Part shown: one piece after another, positions 55,786-64,000 of the stretch
Numbering within the stretch: position 1 is the stretch's first letter
Layout: each line of letters begins with the position of its first letter
Assembly (NCBI GenBank): GCA_964372085.1
Contig: CAYJPQ010000004.1
Location: forward strand, 22,247 to 86,246
Reading direction: 5' to 3'
DNA: 64,000 nucleotides
From: an uncultured Bifidobacteriaceae bacterium
GTDB taxonomy: Bacteria > Acidobacteriota > Vicinamibacteria > Vicinamibacterales > UBA2999
Position numbers and translations under genes: made by a program
Notes under the pieces: model-generated
The model's database searches: none
Told to the model about the DNA's origin: nothing
What the model saw: only the letters and a program-made list of their open reading frames with translations

Positions 55786-56820
55786 TCACTGGGTCCCGCC
55801 CCGACCTGCCGCCGGCTCGACCGCTGCGAGGCTCCCGGATTCCGACGAGCGGCGTATGGCATCGATGATCCGCAGCACGGCCAAGCCGTCATGTCCGGAC
55901 GCGCTAGGACTACTGGCATCAGCGATACATGCCAGGAAGTGCCGCCATTCAGACTCATAGCAGTCATCGCTCTCCTGCCGGGGCGCGAACAGCGACTCCC
56001 AGTGGCTGGCACCCGCCTCAAACACCTCAACCGTGCCAGCCAATGCGTTCCAGCGCAGCGAACCCAATTCACCGATGGCAGTGCAGTTCCTGCTGGTATC
56101 GTGGCGGATGAAGTCCATACTCAGAACACCCACCAACGGAGCAGCCCCCATTCTGGGTGCGAAGCCCAGGATCACGTGGGCTGTATCTTCCACGTCGATC
56201 TCCAGACGACTCTGCTTGCGATGGACCGCGTTGATCCACTCCACCTCTCCAAATATCCATCGCAGATAGTCGATCTCATGGCTCAACTCTAGAAGCACAC
56301 CGCCGCCGAGCGCGGCCTGTGCCGACACCGTCCTCCGATAGTCTGAGCCGGGGCGCCATGATGGTAGGAACTGACCGACCTCGGCCCGTACCGACAGGAC
56401 CGAGCCAATCCGTTCTTCGTGGAGTAAGGCACGGAACCTCTGCAAGGACGGCCAAAACCTCAGGTTGTAGCCCGTCATCAGCGCAACGCCGCGGCCCTCG
56501 CAAAGGTCAATCAGTTCAGATACCCCATTAGCCGAACTGGAAAGGGGCTTCTCGACCAATAAGTGGACGCCGGCGTCAGCCAGGCGACGAGCCACCTCAA
56601 TATGATGGCTCGCCGGATTCGCGATCACAGCAACCTGCGGCTTGAACGCCAGCGCCTCCTCGATCGTCGTGACGCAGCGGTCAATGCCGGTGACCGCCAT
56701 GTCGCCGCAGCTTCGATGCCTCAACACGGCCAGCTGCGCGTCAGGTACAACCCTCCGAATAACTCGCGCATGAAGGGCGCCAATGCTTCCGAAGCCTACA
56801 ATGAGAAGACGTGCGGCCAT
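55786..56820 (-). CDS. Gfo/Idh/MocA-family oxidoreductase
   Basis: Has the N-terminal Rossmann LIVGFGSIG, plus ..LLVEKPL.. Length is 344 aa. Confidence 0.85.
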   Translation of the reverse strand: MAARLLIVGFGSIGALHARVIRRVVPDAQLAVLRHRSCGDMAVTGIDRCVTTIEEALAFKPQVAVIANPASHHIEVARRLADAGVHLLVEKPLSSSANGVSELIDLCEGRGVALMTGYNLRFWPSLQRFRALLHEERIGSVLSVRAEVGQFLPSWRPGSDYRRTVSAQAALGGGVLLELSHEIDYLRWIFGEVEWINAVHRKQSRLEIDVEDTAHVILGFAPRMGAAPLVGVLSMDFIRHDTSRNCTAIGELGSLRWNALAGTVEVFEAGASHWESLFAPRQESDDCYESEWRHFLACIADASSPSASGHDGLAVLRIIDAIRRSSESGSLAAVEPAAGRGGTQ

Positions 56821-56883
56821 GCGCGTGGAAGAGTGGCTGGGGTCTGGCGCCCGAGTGCAACGATGGCCGGGCGCGATGGGGCC

Positions 56884-58083
56884 TTAGGATGGTTTGTGGG
56901 CGATAAAGTCGACGTGGCGGACGCCCACAGCCCCCTTGAATAGGTGCTTGCACGATGTGATATACGCGCGAATCTCGGGCAGGTTTGCCGTTTCGACCAA
57001 GTCAATATATCCCTTGGCTTCAGCGACAAACTCCACCATTCGCGCCTGAAACGGCTCCAGGATGGACAATTCTTTGAATGCCGAGGCAGCCCCGTCGGCA
57101 AGTTCATGGAACTGACGTCGATCGAGCGAGGAGCCAGAATTGAGGTTTGCGACGTAGCTCGTCAATGCTGACAGGTTGTCTGCATATCGGCGATAGCCGG
57201 CGCCCAGGGCCTGCACGTTCTGGCTGTCGCCTTGGTTCTGCAACAGCCAAATCGTCTCAGCGATGCTCGCCATGCCCCTCGTCCGTGTGGCGTCGAACTT
57301 CGGCCGGTGGTGCACCGAATCGCCAATTAGCGGGAGCATGAACGGCGGATAGCTTGAGTAGTGTGTCAGTCCGCAATCCGAAAACCAGCCCATGACCTCA
57401 TCGACCGACGGATCGTCCTGGCTTTGAATCACCCACCTGTCGAAGATGATTGATCTGCGGGTGCGATTGACGAACGACTGGCTTCGATCGATGTCTTCCT
57501 TGAACAGCGCCTCGGAAACGTCCACCATCTCGTCCCACGAGTTGGCGTGGCGATAGACAGCGTGGCGTTGGAGCATGTTCTGGAATCCACCTGCCTTGTT
57601 GGGATCGCCAAAGATCAGAAAGCCTCCAGGTTTCACAAAGCCTGCGATCTTCTTGAAGGCACCCTGTTTGTCCGCGGTGTGGCTCAACACGCCGCGGCAA
57701 TGAACAATGTCGTACTTGACCGGCGATTCGTAGTCAAAGATCGAGGACTGGTAAAATTGGTGCTTGCCACTCTTCGCGTAGCGGTCGAAGATCTGCCGGG
57801 CAATCGCCAATGCCTTGTCGTTCATTTCTACGAGCGTGCAATTCGCGCCCCACTCGGCGAGGGAGATCGTGTTCTCGCCCGTGCCCGCACCGAAGTCGAT
57901 GAGTTCGGCCCCGGCAAACATCTTTGGCGGAAACTTGAACAAATCTCGATAGGTGTACGCAGCGTTGGCCGCATACTGACGAAATTCCGCTTCTGATTTG
58001 TCGGAGAAGTAGATCGAAGGAATCTCCTCCTGAAACGTCTTCAGCGTGGCTCGTTCAACTTCTCTAATCTTTTCGGGTGCCAT
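56884..58083 (-). CDS. Class I SAM methyltransferase with long C-terminal extension
   Basis: Motif I is LIDFGAGTGENT. ATG 58083 is preceded by ACGAGGAACA, which is SD-like. The ORF-track start is 58113. Confidence 0.8.
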   Translation of the reverse strand: MAPEKIREVERATLKTFQEEIPSIYFSDKSEAEFRQYAANAAYTYRDLFKFPPKMFAGAELIDFGAGTGENTISLAEWGANCTLVEMNDKALAIARQIFDRYAKSGKHQFYQSSIFDYESPVKYDIVHCRGVLSHTADKQGAFKKIAGFVKPGGFLIFGDPNKAGGFQNMLQRHAVYRHANSWDEMVDVSEALFKEDIDRSQSFVNRTRRSIIFDRWVIQSQDDPSVDEVMGWFSDCGLTHYSSYPPFMLPLIGDSVHHRPKFDATRTRGMASIAETIWLLQNQGDSQNVQALGAGYRRYADNLSALTSYVANLNSGSSLDRRQFHELADGAASAFKELSILEPFQARMVEFVAEAKGYIDLVETANLPEIRAYITSCKHLFKGAVGVRHVDFIAHKPS

Positions 58084-58146
58084 TGTTCCTCGTTTCCTTT
58101 GGGTTGCGGACATTCAGCGCCAGGTGCCGATCTTGAGCAGCAGGAC

Positions 58147-59121
58147 TCATGACGACTCGGACATGAGCGCGGCTGCCAGGTTGGCCGAATCTTCGCGTGC
58201 CAATTCCAGGCAACTGGCGTTCACCTCCTTGCCGGCCGGCGCCAGCAGATTGGCTCGGAAGCCGCACTGGATACCAAGATCCGTCAAGACGGTCAGCGAG
58301 TCACCGCTGTACGAATTGAGAGGGTGCGACATGCACCGCGGCCGGTGGCCGGTCACAGTCGCGATATGTGTATAGTTCCTCTCATACTGGTCCTGCTGCT
58401 CCTGGCGGGACAGCTGGGCTATATCATAAGGGTGGTCGTAGGAATGAAGACCCACTTGGTGGCCGCGGCGCGTCAATTCGCGCAGGTCCGCGTCGTCCAG
58501 CCAGAGACCCCGGGCCACCTCTTCCACATCGACGCCGCGCTCTGTGAGGATGCAATCCATCAGCCCTTCAAAAATCGCGCGATTCTCCGTCTGATTCCTC
58601 AGAAATCGGAACTGCACGTCGCTCAGCGTATAGAAAGGCGCGGCCTCGCGCATCAGCGCTGCGTAAGCGGCGTAACTGGATGAGTTCAGCTGGGTTAGCA
58701 TATCTGGAGCGCAACGAGACAAGAATTCCTCGCTGAGGGCAGCCATCCCGCCAGCCTCGCCGGCAACGTAGCTGTAGACTTCGCTCCTCACTGGGCGGCC
58801 CGAGAAGACACAGGAGTAGACGAACCAGAACGCCTGCAACCCATACCGCTCGAGCACTGGCAGAGCATGGTCAACTTGACAGCGCAATCCATCATCAAAG
58901 GTGATGCAGATGTCTTGATCGCAGAGCCTGCCCTCGCCCAACCGTGACAACCATTCGTCAGGCGCAAGAATGCTGCCGATCCCAACGTGCAGGAGGATCC
59001 TCTCAAAGTCCTCGGACGAGAGTGCACCCTGCCACGCCGTTGTGGCGTCCCCCGGACGAAATCGGTGGAACATGAGGCCGTGCGGGAAACGGCGTTCGCC
59101 GCCTGCGGAGCGCCGACTCAC
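58147..59121 (-). CDS. NodB-homology (CE4) polysaccharide/sugar deacetylase
   Basis: Contains ITFDDGLR and GLHSYDHP. Starting at GTG 59121 gives a GTGA overlap with the amidinotransferase stop. Confidence 0.8.
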   Translation of the reverse strand: MSRRSAGGERRFPHGLMFHRFRPGDATTAWQGALSSEDFERILLHVGIGSILAPDEWLSRLGEGRLCDQDICITFDDGLRCQVDHALPVLERYGLQAFWFVYSCVFSGRPVRSEVYSYVAGEAGGMAALSEEFLSRCAPDMLTQLNSSSYAAYAALMREAAPFYTLSDVQFRFLRNQTENRAIFEGLMDCILTERGVDVEEVARGLWLDDADLRELTRRGHQVGLHSYDHPYDIAQLSRQEQQDQYERNYTHIATVTGHRPRCMSHPLNSYSGDSLTVLTDLGIQCGFRANLLAPAGKEVNASCLELAREDSANLAAALMSESS

Positions 59122-60296
59122 CCGAAATAGTCCTCGATAACGCTGTCGCGTACCGTGTCGAGAGTGGCGCAATGAATGCCGCCACCCTGAGTATAGATGT
59201 GCCGCATTCGCACCGGGACGGGCGTGAGACCGTGCTTCTCGAGCACCCGCATGAGGTTGGTCTGGCGCTCGTCGACCACGACGGTCGATTGGTCGAGCGA
59301 CAGGAAGTTCATGCCCACCCAGGGCGACGACATATCGTTGAGATTCGTGACAAACCCGAGCGCCTCGATCTGCTTGGCGAGCTTGTCGCGAACATCCTTC
59401 TGGAAATCAAGCTCCGGCTGCGACGTCGGCGCGACGTCTTCGAAATAGATCTTGTCCCACTTATCGAACAGTTTGGGGCAATTCCGTTCACCGACTCGTT
59501 TGCTGTTCAGCATGACGAGACCCGGTCGCAAGCACAACACTGTGGAATCGATGTGACTCGATCGGTAGATATCTTCCGTGGTGTGGACTCGGTATTCCGC
59601 GCCAAGAACGCTCTGGAGCCACTTGGCGCTCTTGTGGTTGCCCGAGCTGGACACGAGACAAAGCAGATCGCGCCCCATTCGCACGGTGTTCGCGGCCTCG
59701 AAGACGATTTCGAGCTCATTGAGCCTGTGCAGCTTCTCGACGCGGCCACCAGTCAACTCCATGAATCGACGGTCTTCATCCGTGAGCTTTCGTTCTCCTT
59801 CGTCACGATAATACGGCTCCAGCACTGGCTGGTCGAGCCGCGGGCGCGGCCCGCAAATCCAGACAAAACCCTCATCAAAATACTCATACCAAATGTCGTA
59901 TAAGGTCGTCGCCTCGAAGTAGCGGCTGCGCAAGTACGACGGACTCTCGATGACGGTATTGCCGACGACCAGGTGCAGATCGCGCACGTTGTAACTATTG
60001 TTGCCGGTCGACTGCCAGAACGGAGTCGCATACATCCGCGCAATGTCGTGCACCTTGGGACGATGCACCTTGACGCCGAACCGGGCGATGCTATCGGCGA
60101 GGCCGTTCAGGTCTTCCTCAATCTCATCGAGGAACCACTGGGGGTGCGCTTCGTGATTCAGTGCCACTGCCTGCGCCAGCGCATCTCCGGGAATCGGATT
60201 GGGTCGTGGCCACGTAAGAACTGCATGAGTTCCTTCAGCAGTGCCAACGATGACCTCCCGAAGCTTGTCCCATTCGTTGTGGCTGTTGATTTTCAC
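59118..60296 (-). CDS. Amidinotransferase (StrB1 / glycine amidinotransferase family)
   Basis: 392 aa with ..SSHIDSTVLCLRPG.. and the C-terminal catalytic-Cys context YTQGGGIHCATLD, characteristic of L-arginine:X amidinotransferases. The GTG start overlaps the upstream TAG by 1 nt. Confidence 0.75.
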   Translation of the reverse strand: MKINSHNEWDKLREVIVGTAEGTHAVLTWPRPNPIPGDALAQAVALNHEAHPQWFLDEIEEDLNGLADSIARFGVKVHRPKVHDIARMYATPFWQSTGNNSYNVRDLHLVVGNTVIESPSYLRSRYFEATTLYDIWYEYFDEGFVWICGPRPRLDQPVLEPYYRDEGERKLTDEDRRFMELTGGRVEKLHRLNELEIVFEAANTVRMGRDLLCLVSSSGNHKSAKWLQSVLGAEYRVHTTEDIYRSSHIDSTVLCLRPGLVMLNSKRVGERNCPKLFDKWDKIYFEDVAPTSQPELDFQKDVRDKLAKQIEALGFVTNLNDMSSPWVGMNFLSLDQSTVVVDERQTNLMRVLEKHGLTPVPVRMRHIYTQGGGIHCATLDTVRDSVIEDYFG

Positions 60297-61396
60297 TATT
60301 GGTTACCCTTTTTCGTAAAAGGTGGAACTGCGATTTTCGATCCCCCGTCCAACTGCGCACGTTGCAGATCGTCCGGCAGTCCCAGATCAATCCATCGTTC
60401 GTGCACCGGATAGACAATGGTCCGCCTGCCATCATCCCGGAGACGGCTGAATAGCGTCGTCATATCACATCGTTCACCGACTGCTACGTGGTCGAGCGCA
60501 CTCGGCTCGATCGCGTAGATTCCTGCATTCACGTAGTCGCGTACGACGGGCTTCTCCTCGAGTCCGACGATTTCCAGGCCCTTCGTGCGGACCACGCCAA
60601 ACGGATGCTGCCATTCGTGTTGCCGTACCGCCATCGTCGCCTCCGTGGCGTGACGGCAATGGAAGTCGAGAAGCTCTCCGTAGCGAATGTCCGTGAGCAC
60701 GTCACCATTCGAGACGATGAACGGCGCCTTGGGTCGCGGAGAAATCAGCCCGAGCGCCCCGGCAGTGCCAAGAGGAACGCTTTCCCTCAAGTAGTCGATT
60801 CGGGCCTGCCATCGACTGCCGTCACCGAAATAATCCTCGATCATTTGACCGAGATAGTGAATGGCCAGCACGAAATGGCTGAACCCCTCGCGCCTCGCCC
60901 GTTCGATGATCCATTCCAGCATCGGCTTGCCGTCAACGGGCAACAGAGGCTTCGGACAGTTCTCGGTCTGTGGCATCAGGCGCACGCCTTGGCCGCCAGC
61001 CATGATCACCATGATATTGGGCCGGTCCGCAGGTGCGAGCAGCTCGTGGAGCACGTGCAAGCCGACGACCTTTCGGCCTTCACCGATGACGGGCAACGCG
61101 AAGATCTCGTTGGCCTGCATGAGACCGAGCACCGCCTCATGCGTCAACTCAGGGGGCACAACGAGGGCGTCGTGAAAGATGATGGAGTCGATCGCGCTGG
61201 TCAGTTGGAGGCCACGGAGCAGACCGCGGCGAATGTCGCCGTCGGTGATCGTGCCGACGAACGTACCATCGGCTGACACGACCAGGGCAATCTGCAGCGC
61301 GGACTCGTTCAGGCAACGAATGGCATCCTGCACGGTGGCGGCGGCGGGCAGCAACGCCTTGCGCCACGACTGACCGCGTGTCCGGCGCACGGTCAT
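60296..61396 (-). CDS. CBS-domain nucleotidyltransferase (PtmE-like sugar-1-phosphate nucleotidyltransferase)
   Basis: An N-terminal CBS pair (..LVVSADGTFVGTITDGDIRR.., ..LPVIGEGRKVVG..) is followed by MAGGQGVRLMPQTENCPKPLLPV. Confidence 0.85.
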   Translation of the reverse strand: MTVRRTRGQSWRKALLPAAATVQDAIRCLNESALQIALVVSADGTFVGTITDGDIRRGLLRGLQLTSAIDSIIFHDALVVPPELTHEAVLGLMQANEIFALPVIGEGRKVVGLHVLHELLAPADRPNIMVIMAGGQGVRLMPQTENCPKPLLPVDGKPMLEWIIERARREGFSHFVLAIHYLGQMIEDYFGDGSRWQARIDYLRESVPLGTAGALGLISPRPKAPFIVSNGDVLTDIRYGELLDFHCRHATEATMAVRQHEWQHPFGVVRTKGLEIVGLEEKPVVRDYVNAGIYAIEPSALDHVAVGERCDMTTLFSRLRDDGRRTIVYPVHERWIDLGLPDDLQRAQLDGGSKIAVPPFTKKGNQ

Positions 61397-62568
61397 GCGG
61401 TTCCCACCGAAGGCGAGAGATCGCAGAAGTGCTTCTTCAGTATGTTGTCCAGTGGTACATCTCGCAGGGTCTGCACGACGCGCTGGCTCGCGCCGCCGTC
61501 ACCGTAGGGGTTACAAACATCGCCAAGGGTTGCCTGAAAAGGCGCCGAGTACATCTTCCTCAGTGCAGCGACGATCGACACGCGATCGGGCTTGCAATCG
61601 ATCACGCTCGCGGCCCTCAGCCGGCCCCGCTGACGATCGCCAATATTGATCGTGCCTTTCCGAAAGGCCGGCGCCTCGATCAATCCGCTCGATGAGTTGC
61701 CGACGACGGCATCCACGTATTGGAGACAAGATAGATACAGCAACTGGCCGAGCGACGTAAAGGCCTTTGTATGGGGACGGTCGGCGACGTGCTGCGCGAC
61801 CAGATCGATGATCGGGCGGTTCCCGGGATCGGCGTTGGGCAGCGTGAAGATCACGCGTGTGTCCCTGACCTCATCGAGTGCGGCGAGCAGTTCCTGCACC
61901 TGTTGTGCCGAGGTGTCCGGTTCGAGCGTGACCGGATGAAAAGTAGCGAGAAGGCACTTCGGGCCAAGTTCGAAGCCGAGCGCCTCTTCGAGTTCCGGCC
62001 GAGTCAGCAGTTTTAGCCTCTGGATACTGTCAAGGCCCAGGCCGCCGACCAGGAAGACTCGGGAAGGGTCTTCCCCGAGCTGAATCACGCGCCGCTGGTA
62101 ATCCTCGGCCGCCACGAAATGGAGGTGGGACATCTTGGTGATGGAATGCCGGAAGGCTTCATCGAACGCGCCCTCACTAACCTCGCCACCGTGCAGATGC
62201 GCCACTGGAATCCGCGCCACCGTCGCCGCGGCGACGGCCGAGAATACCTCGAAACGATCGCCAAGCACGAGGAGCACGTCCGGCTGCAGGCGGTGTAACG
62301 CCTCACCGAAGCCGATGAGCCCCAGACCCATGGACTTGGCAAGGGCCGTAGGCGTATCGGCGTCCAACAGTGTCTCGATCTTGGTGTCGATCGAGATGCC
62401 GTCATTTTCGATCTCGCGATAGGTAAGGCCAAATGCCGGCGACAGATGCATACCCGTGGCAACGACCTGCAGGCGCAGCCCCGGGGTCGCCACAATGTCC
62501 CGCATCACCCAACGCAGCAGACCGTAATCGGCGCGTGAACCGGTTACGACACAGATCCTACGGCTCAT
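61393..62568 (-). CDS. UDP/GDP-HexNAc 2-epimerase (hydrolysing), NeuC/LegG type
   Basis: Starts RICVVTGSRADYGLLRWVM.. and contains ..HLHGGE.. It has ATGA overlaps on both sides. Confidence 0.88.
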   Translation of the reverse strand: MSRRICVVTGSRADYGLLRWVMRDIVATPGLRLQVVATGMHLSPAFGLTYREIENDGISIDTKIETLLDADTPTALAKSMGLGLIGFGEALHRLQPDVLLVLGDRFEVFSAVAAATVARIPVAHLHGGEVSEGAFDEAFRHSITKMSHLHFVAAEDYQRRVIQLGEDPSRVFLVGGLGLDSIQRLKLLTRPELEEALGFELGPKCLLATFHPVTLEPDTSAQQVQELLAALDEVRDTRVIFTLPNADPGNRPIIDLVAQHVADRPHTKAFTSLGQLLYLSCLQYVDAVVGNSSSGLIEAPAFRKGTINIGDRQRGRLRAASVIDCKPDRVSIVAALRKMYSAPFQATLGDVCNPYGDGGASQRVVQTLRDVPLDNILKKHFCDLSPSVGTA

Positions 62569-63566
62569 AGCTCGATGAGCTCGTCGGGCGAGTAGTCTCG
62601 CCTCGCCGTGCGGCCGATTGCCTCATCCCATCGCATCGGCGAAATGCCATTGCCTGGGCGCTTGACGGCGAGGTTGGTTTCGCTCAGGGTCTCGCCCGCG
62701 CGAATCGCTCGCGCCGCCACCAGAGACTTCCGGGCCGCCGATCTGGTCCTCACTTCGCTGGCGCTGGGGCGCTTGATGCCGTTACCTAGCGCTTGTTCAA
62801 TATTCCGAATCGCCGCCACCATGACGGCCAAATCATCGGGATCGAGGCTCGCTTGATGGTCCGGACCGGGCAGGGTCCGGTCAATCGTGAAGTGTTTCTC
62901 GATTACCGTTGCACCGAGCGCGACAGCCGCGATGGCGACTTCAATCCCTGCTGTGTGGTCCGAATAGCCCACGGACACGCCGAAAGCCTCACGAATCGAC
63001 TGCATCGCTAGTAGGTTCACGTCTGGAAAAGGAGTGGGGTATTCGGTGCTGCAGTGCAGGACAGTGATCCTGTCGCGGGGTGTGCCGGCATCCTCCAGCA
63101 CCTCCAGCGCCGCCTCAATTTCGCCCATCGTGGCCATTCCGGTTGAGAGCATCGTCGGCTTGCCGTAGCGGCCCACGTGCCGCAGATAAGGCAAATTCGT
63201 TATCTCTCCAGATGGGATCTTGAATCGATCCAAGCCCAGCTCGACCAACATATCGATACTATCTGTGTCAAATCCGCTCGATAGGAAGCCGATGCCCCTG
63301 GAATGACATTGCGCGATCAGTGCCTCGTGCATTTCTCGGCTTAGTTCGAGTTGGCGAATCATCGCGTGCTGTGATTCGCCCGCAGCGGTCGCGCGCCTTT
63401 GATACTCGGCCTTGGCAGCGTCAACGGTCACAAGGCGATCAGCACTAAATGTCTGGAATTTCACCAGATCGGCGCCGGCGTGAGCGGCCACGTCAATCAG
63501 TTGGCGGGCCATGGCTAGAACGCCATTATGATTCACGCCCGCCTCGGCGATGATAAGCGTCCTCAC
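62565..63566 (-). CDS. NeuB-family nonulosonic acid synthase (legionaminic-acid-synthase-like)
   Basis: Contains IIAEAGVNHNG..ADLVKFQT..FKIPSGE..LSTGMAT..YSDHT..IEKHFT. The start is GTG. Confidence 0.88.
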   Translation of the reverse strand: MRTLIIAEAGVNHNGVLAMARQLIDVAAHAGADLVKFQTFSADRLVTVDAAKAEYQRRATAAGESQHAMIRQLELSREMHEALIAQCHSRGIGFLSSGFDTDSIDMLVELGLDRFKIPSGEITNLPYLRHVGRYGKPTMLSTGMATMGEIEAALEVLEDAGTPRDRITVLHCSTEYPTPFPDVNLLAMQSIREAFGVSVGYSDHTAGIEVAIAAVALGATVIEKHFTIDRTLPGPDHQASLDPDDLAVMVAAIRNIEQALGNGIKRPSASEVRTRSAARKSLVAARAIRAGETLSETNLAVKRPGNGISPMRWDEAIGRTARRDYSPDELIEL

Positions 63567-63685
63567 GACGCCTGCTTTGGCGGCGGCATGATGGTCCCGG
63601 CCAAGCGTAGCATGACATGCGAGGTAGCCATGTCGTTGACAGCGGCCACGTTGCGTGTCGGAGTCGGGCGAGGGACGTCAGCCAT
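63563..63685 (-). CDS. Candidate 40-aa small ORF bridging the dehydratase and synthase genes
   Basis: Sequence is MADVPRPTPTRNVAAVNDMATSHVMLRLAGTIMPPPKQAS. Its ATG overlaps the upstream TGA by 1 nt (TGATG) and its TGA overlaps the downstream GTG start (GTGA). It is below the 60-aa cutoff of the ORF track, and I recognised no family. Confidence 0.25.
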   Translation of the reverse strand: MADVPRPTPTRNVAAVNDMATSHVMLRLAGTIMPPPKQAS

Positions 63686-64000
63686 CACAAATTGTAGATG
63701 TCGGATTTATAGGACGCGAGGTGCGACGGGTTCGTGAACCAGGCAATCGTCTCAGCGAGACCGCGGCGGAAGCCCTCGCGTCCCGCGTAGCCGGGCGTCC
63801 ATTCGAGGAGCTTGCGAGCTTTGTCGTTTGACGCCCACAGGCGGTGCACTTCGCTTTTCTCAGGGCGAATGCGCTGCTCATCGGACGCGATCTGGATCTG
63901 CGCACCCATCAGTTCAGCGATAGTCTGCGCCGTTTCGCCGATCGAAATCTCAAAGTTGCTGCCGATATTGACTATTTCACCAACCCCACGGTCGGAACGG
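63685..64000 (-). CDS. NAD-dependent sugar 4,6-dehydratase, LegB-like, C-terminal part only (5' end beyond window)
   Basis: The frame stays open to nt 64000. It reads ..GEIVNIGSNFEISIGETAQTIAELMGAQIQIASDEQRIRPEKSEVHRLWASNDKARKLLEW..YKSDIYNL, which matches the C-terminus of extended-SDR dehydratases of the LegB type. The track lists only the internal-Met part, 63685..63909. Confidence 0.7.
   Translation of the reverse strand, partial: RSDRGVGEIVNIGSNFEISIGETAQTIAELMGAQIQIASDEQRIRPEKSEVHRLWASNDKARKLLEWTPGYAGREGFRRGLAETIAWFTNPSHLASYKSDIYNL

Overview
High-GC bacterial chromosomal segment (phylum not assignable by eye). Nearly all of it is one very large cell-surface glycan (O-antigen/capsule/EPS-type) biosynthesis super-locus, mostly on the minus strand. 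I support about 60 protein-coding genes.

Layout from right to left, which is the direction of transcription:
1. A legionaminic-acid-type nonulosonic acid (NulO) module. It holds a LegB-like dehydratase cut by the window edge, a NeuB/LegI-like synthase, a NeuC/LegG-like hydrolysing 2-epimerase, a CBS-nucleotidyltransferase (PtmE-like), a cytidylyltransferase, and SDR and Gfo/Idh/MocA oxidoreductases. An amidinotransferase / CE4 deacetylase / methyltransferase cassette interrupts it.
2. A LIC12162-family putative transferase.
3. A complete pseudaminic acid module (pseB, pseC, pseF, pseG-pseH fusion, pseI) with extra tailoring genes: a PIG-L deacetylase, an ATP-grasp enzyme, a C-methyltransferase-like protein and an IMPase-like protein.
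4. A block of GT4 glycosyltransferases, six methyltransferases in total, two Wzy-like membrane proteins, a KpsC/KpsS-like protein and three AsnB-family amidotransferase paralogs.
5. A Pgl-like (PglA/C/D/E-type) module.
6. Three DUF218 (ElyC/YdcF) domains, a WbaP-type and a WecA-type initiating transferase, and a Wzz-like co-polymerase.

Two small islets interrupt the locus. One carries back-to-back Phd-RelE and VapBC toxin-antitoxin pairs at 6.2-7.6 kb. The other carries a pseudopilin-like protein, an AAA/DUF4143 ATPase and an orphan RHH antitoxin at 15.7-17.7 kb.

I saw no rRNA, tRNA, CRISPR array, transposase or integrase. Many long ORFs in the track are Arg/Pro/Gly-rich shadow ORFs of real genes and are rejected.

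All family calls come from motifs read in the translations, with no searches run. Start codons were often moved to positions giving 1-, 4- or 8-nt stop/start overlaps, which I checked in the DNA.
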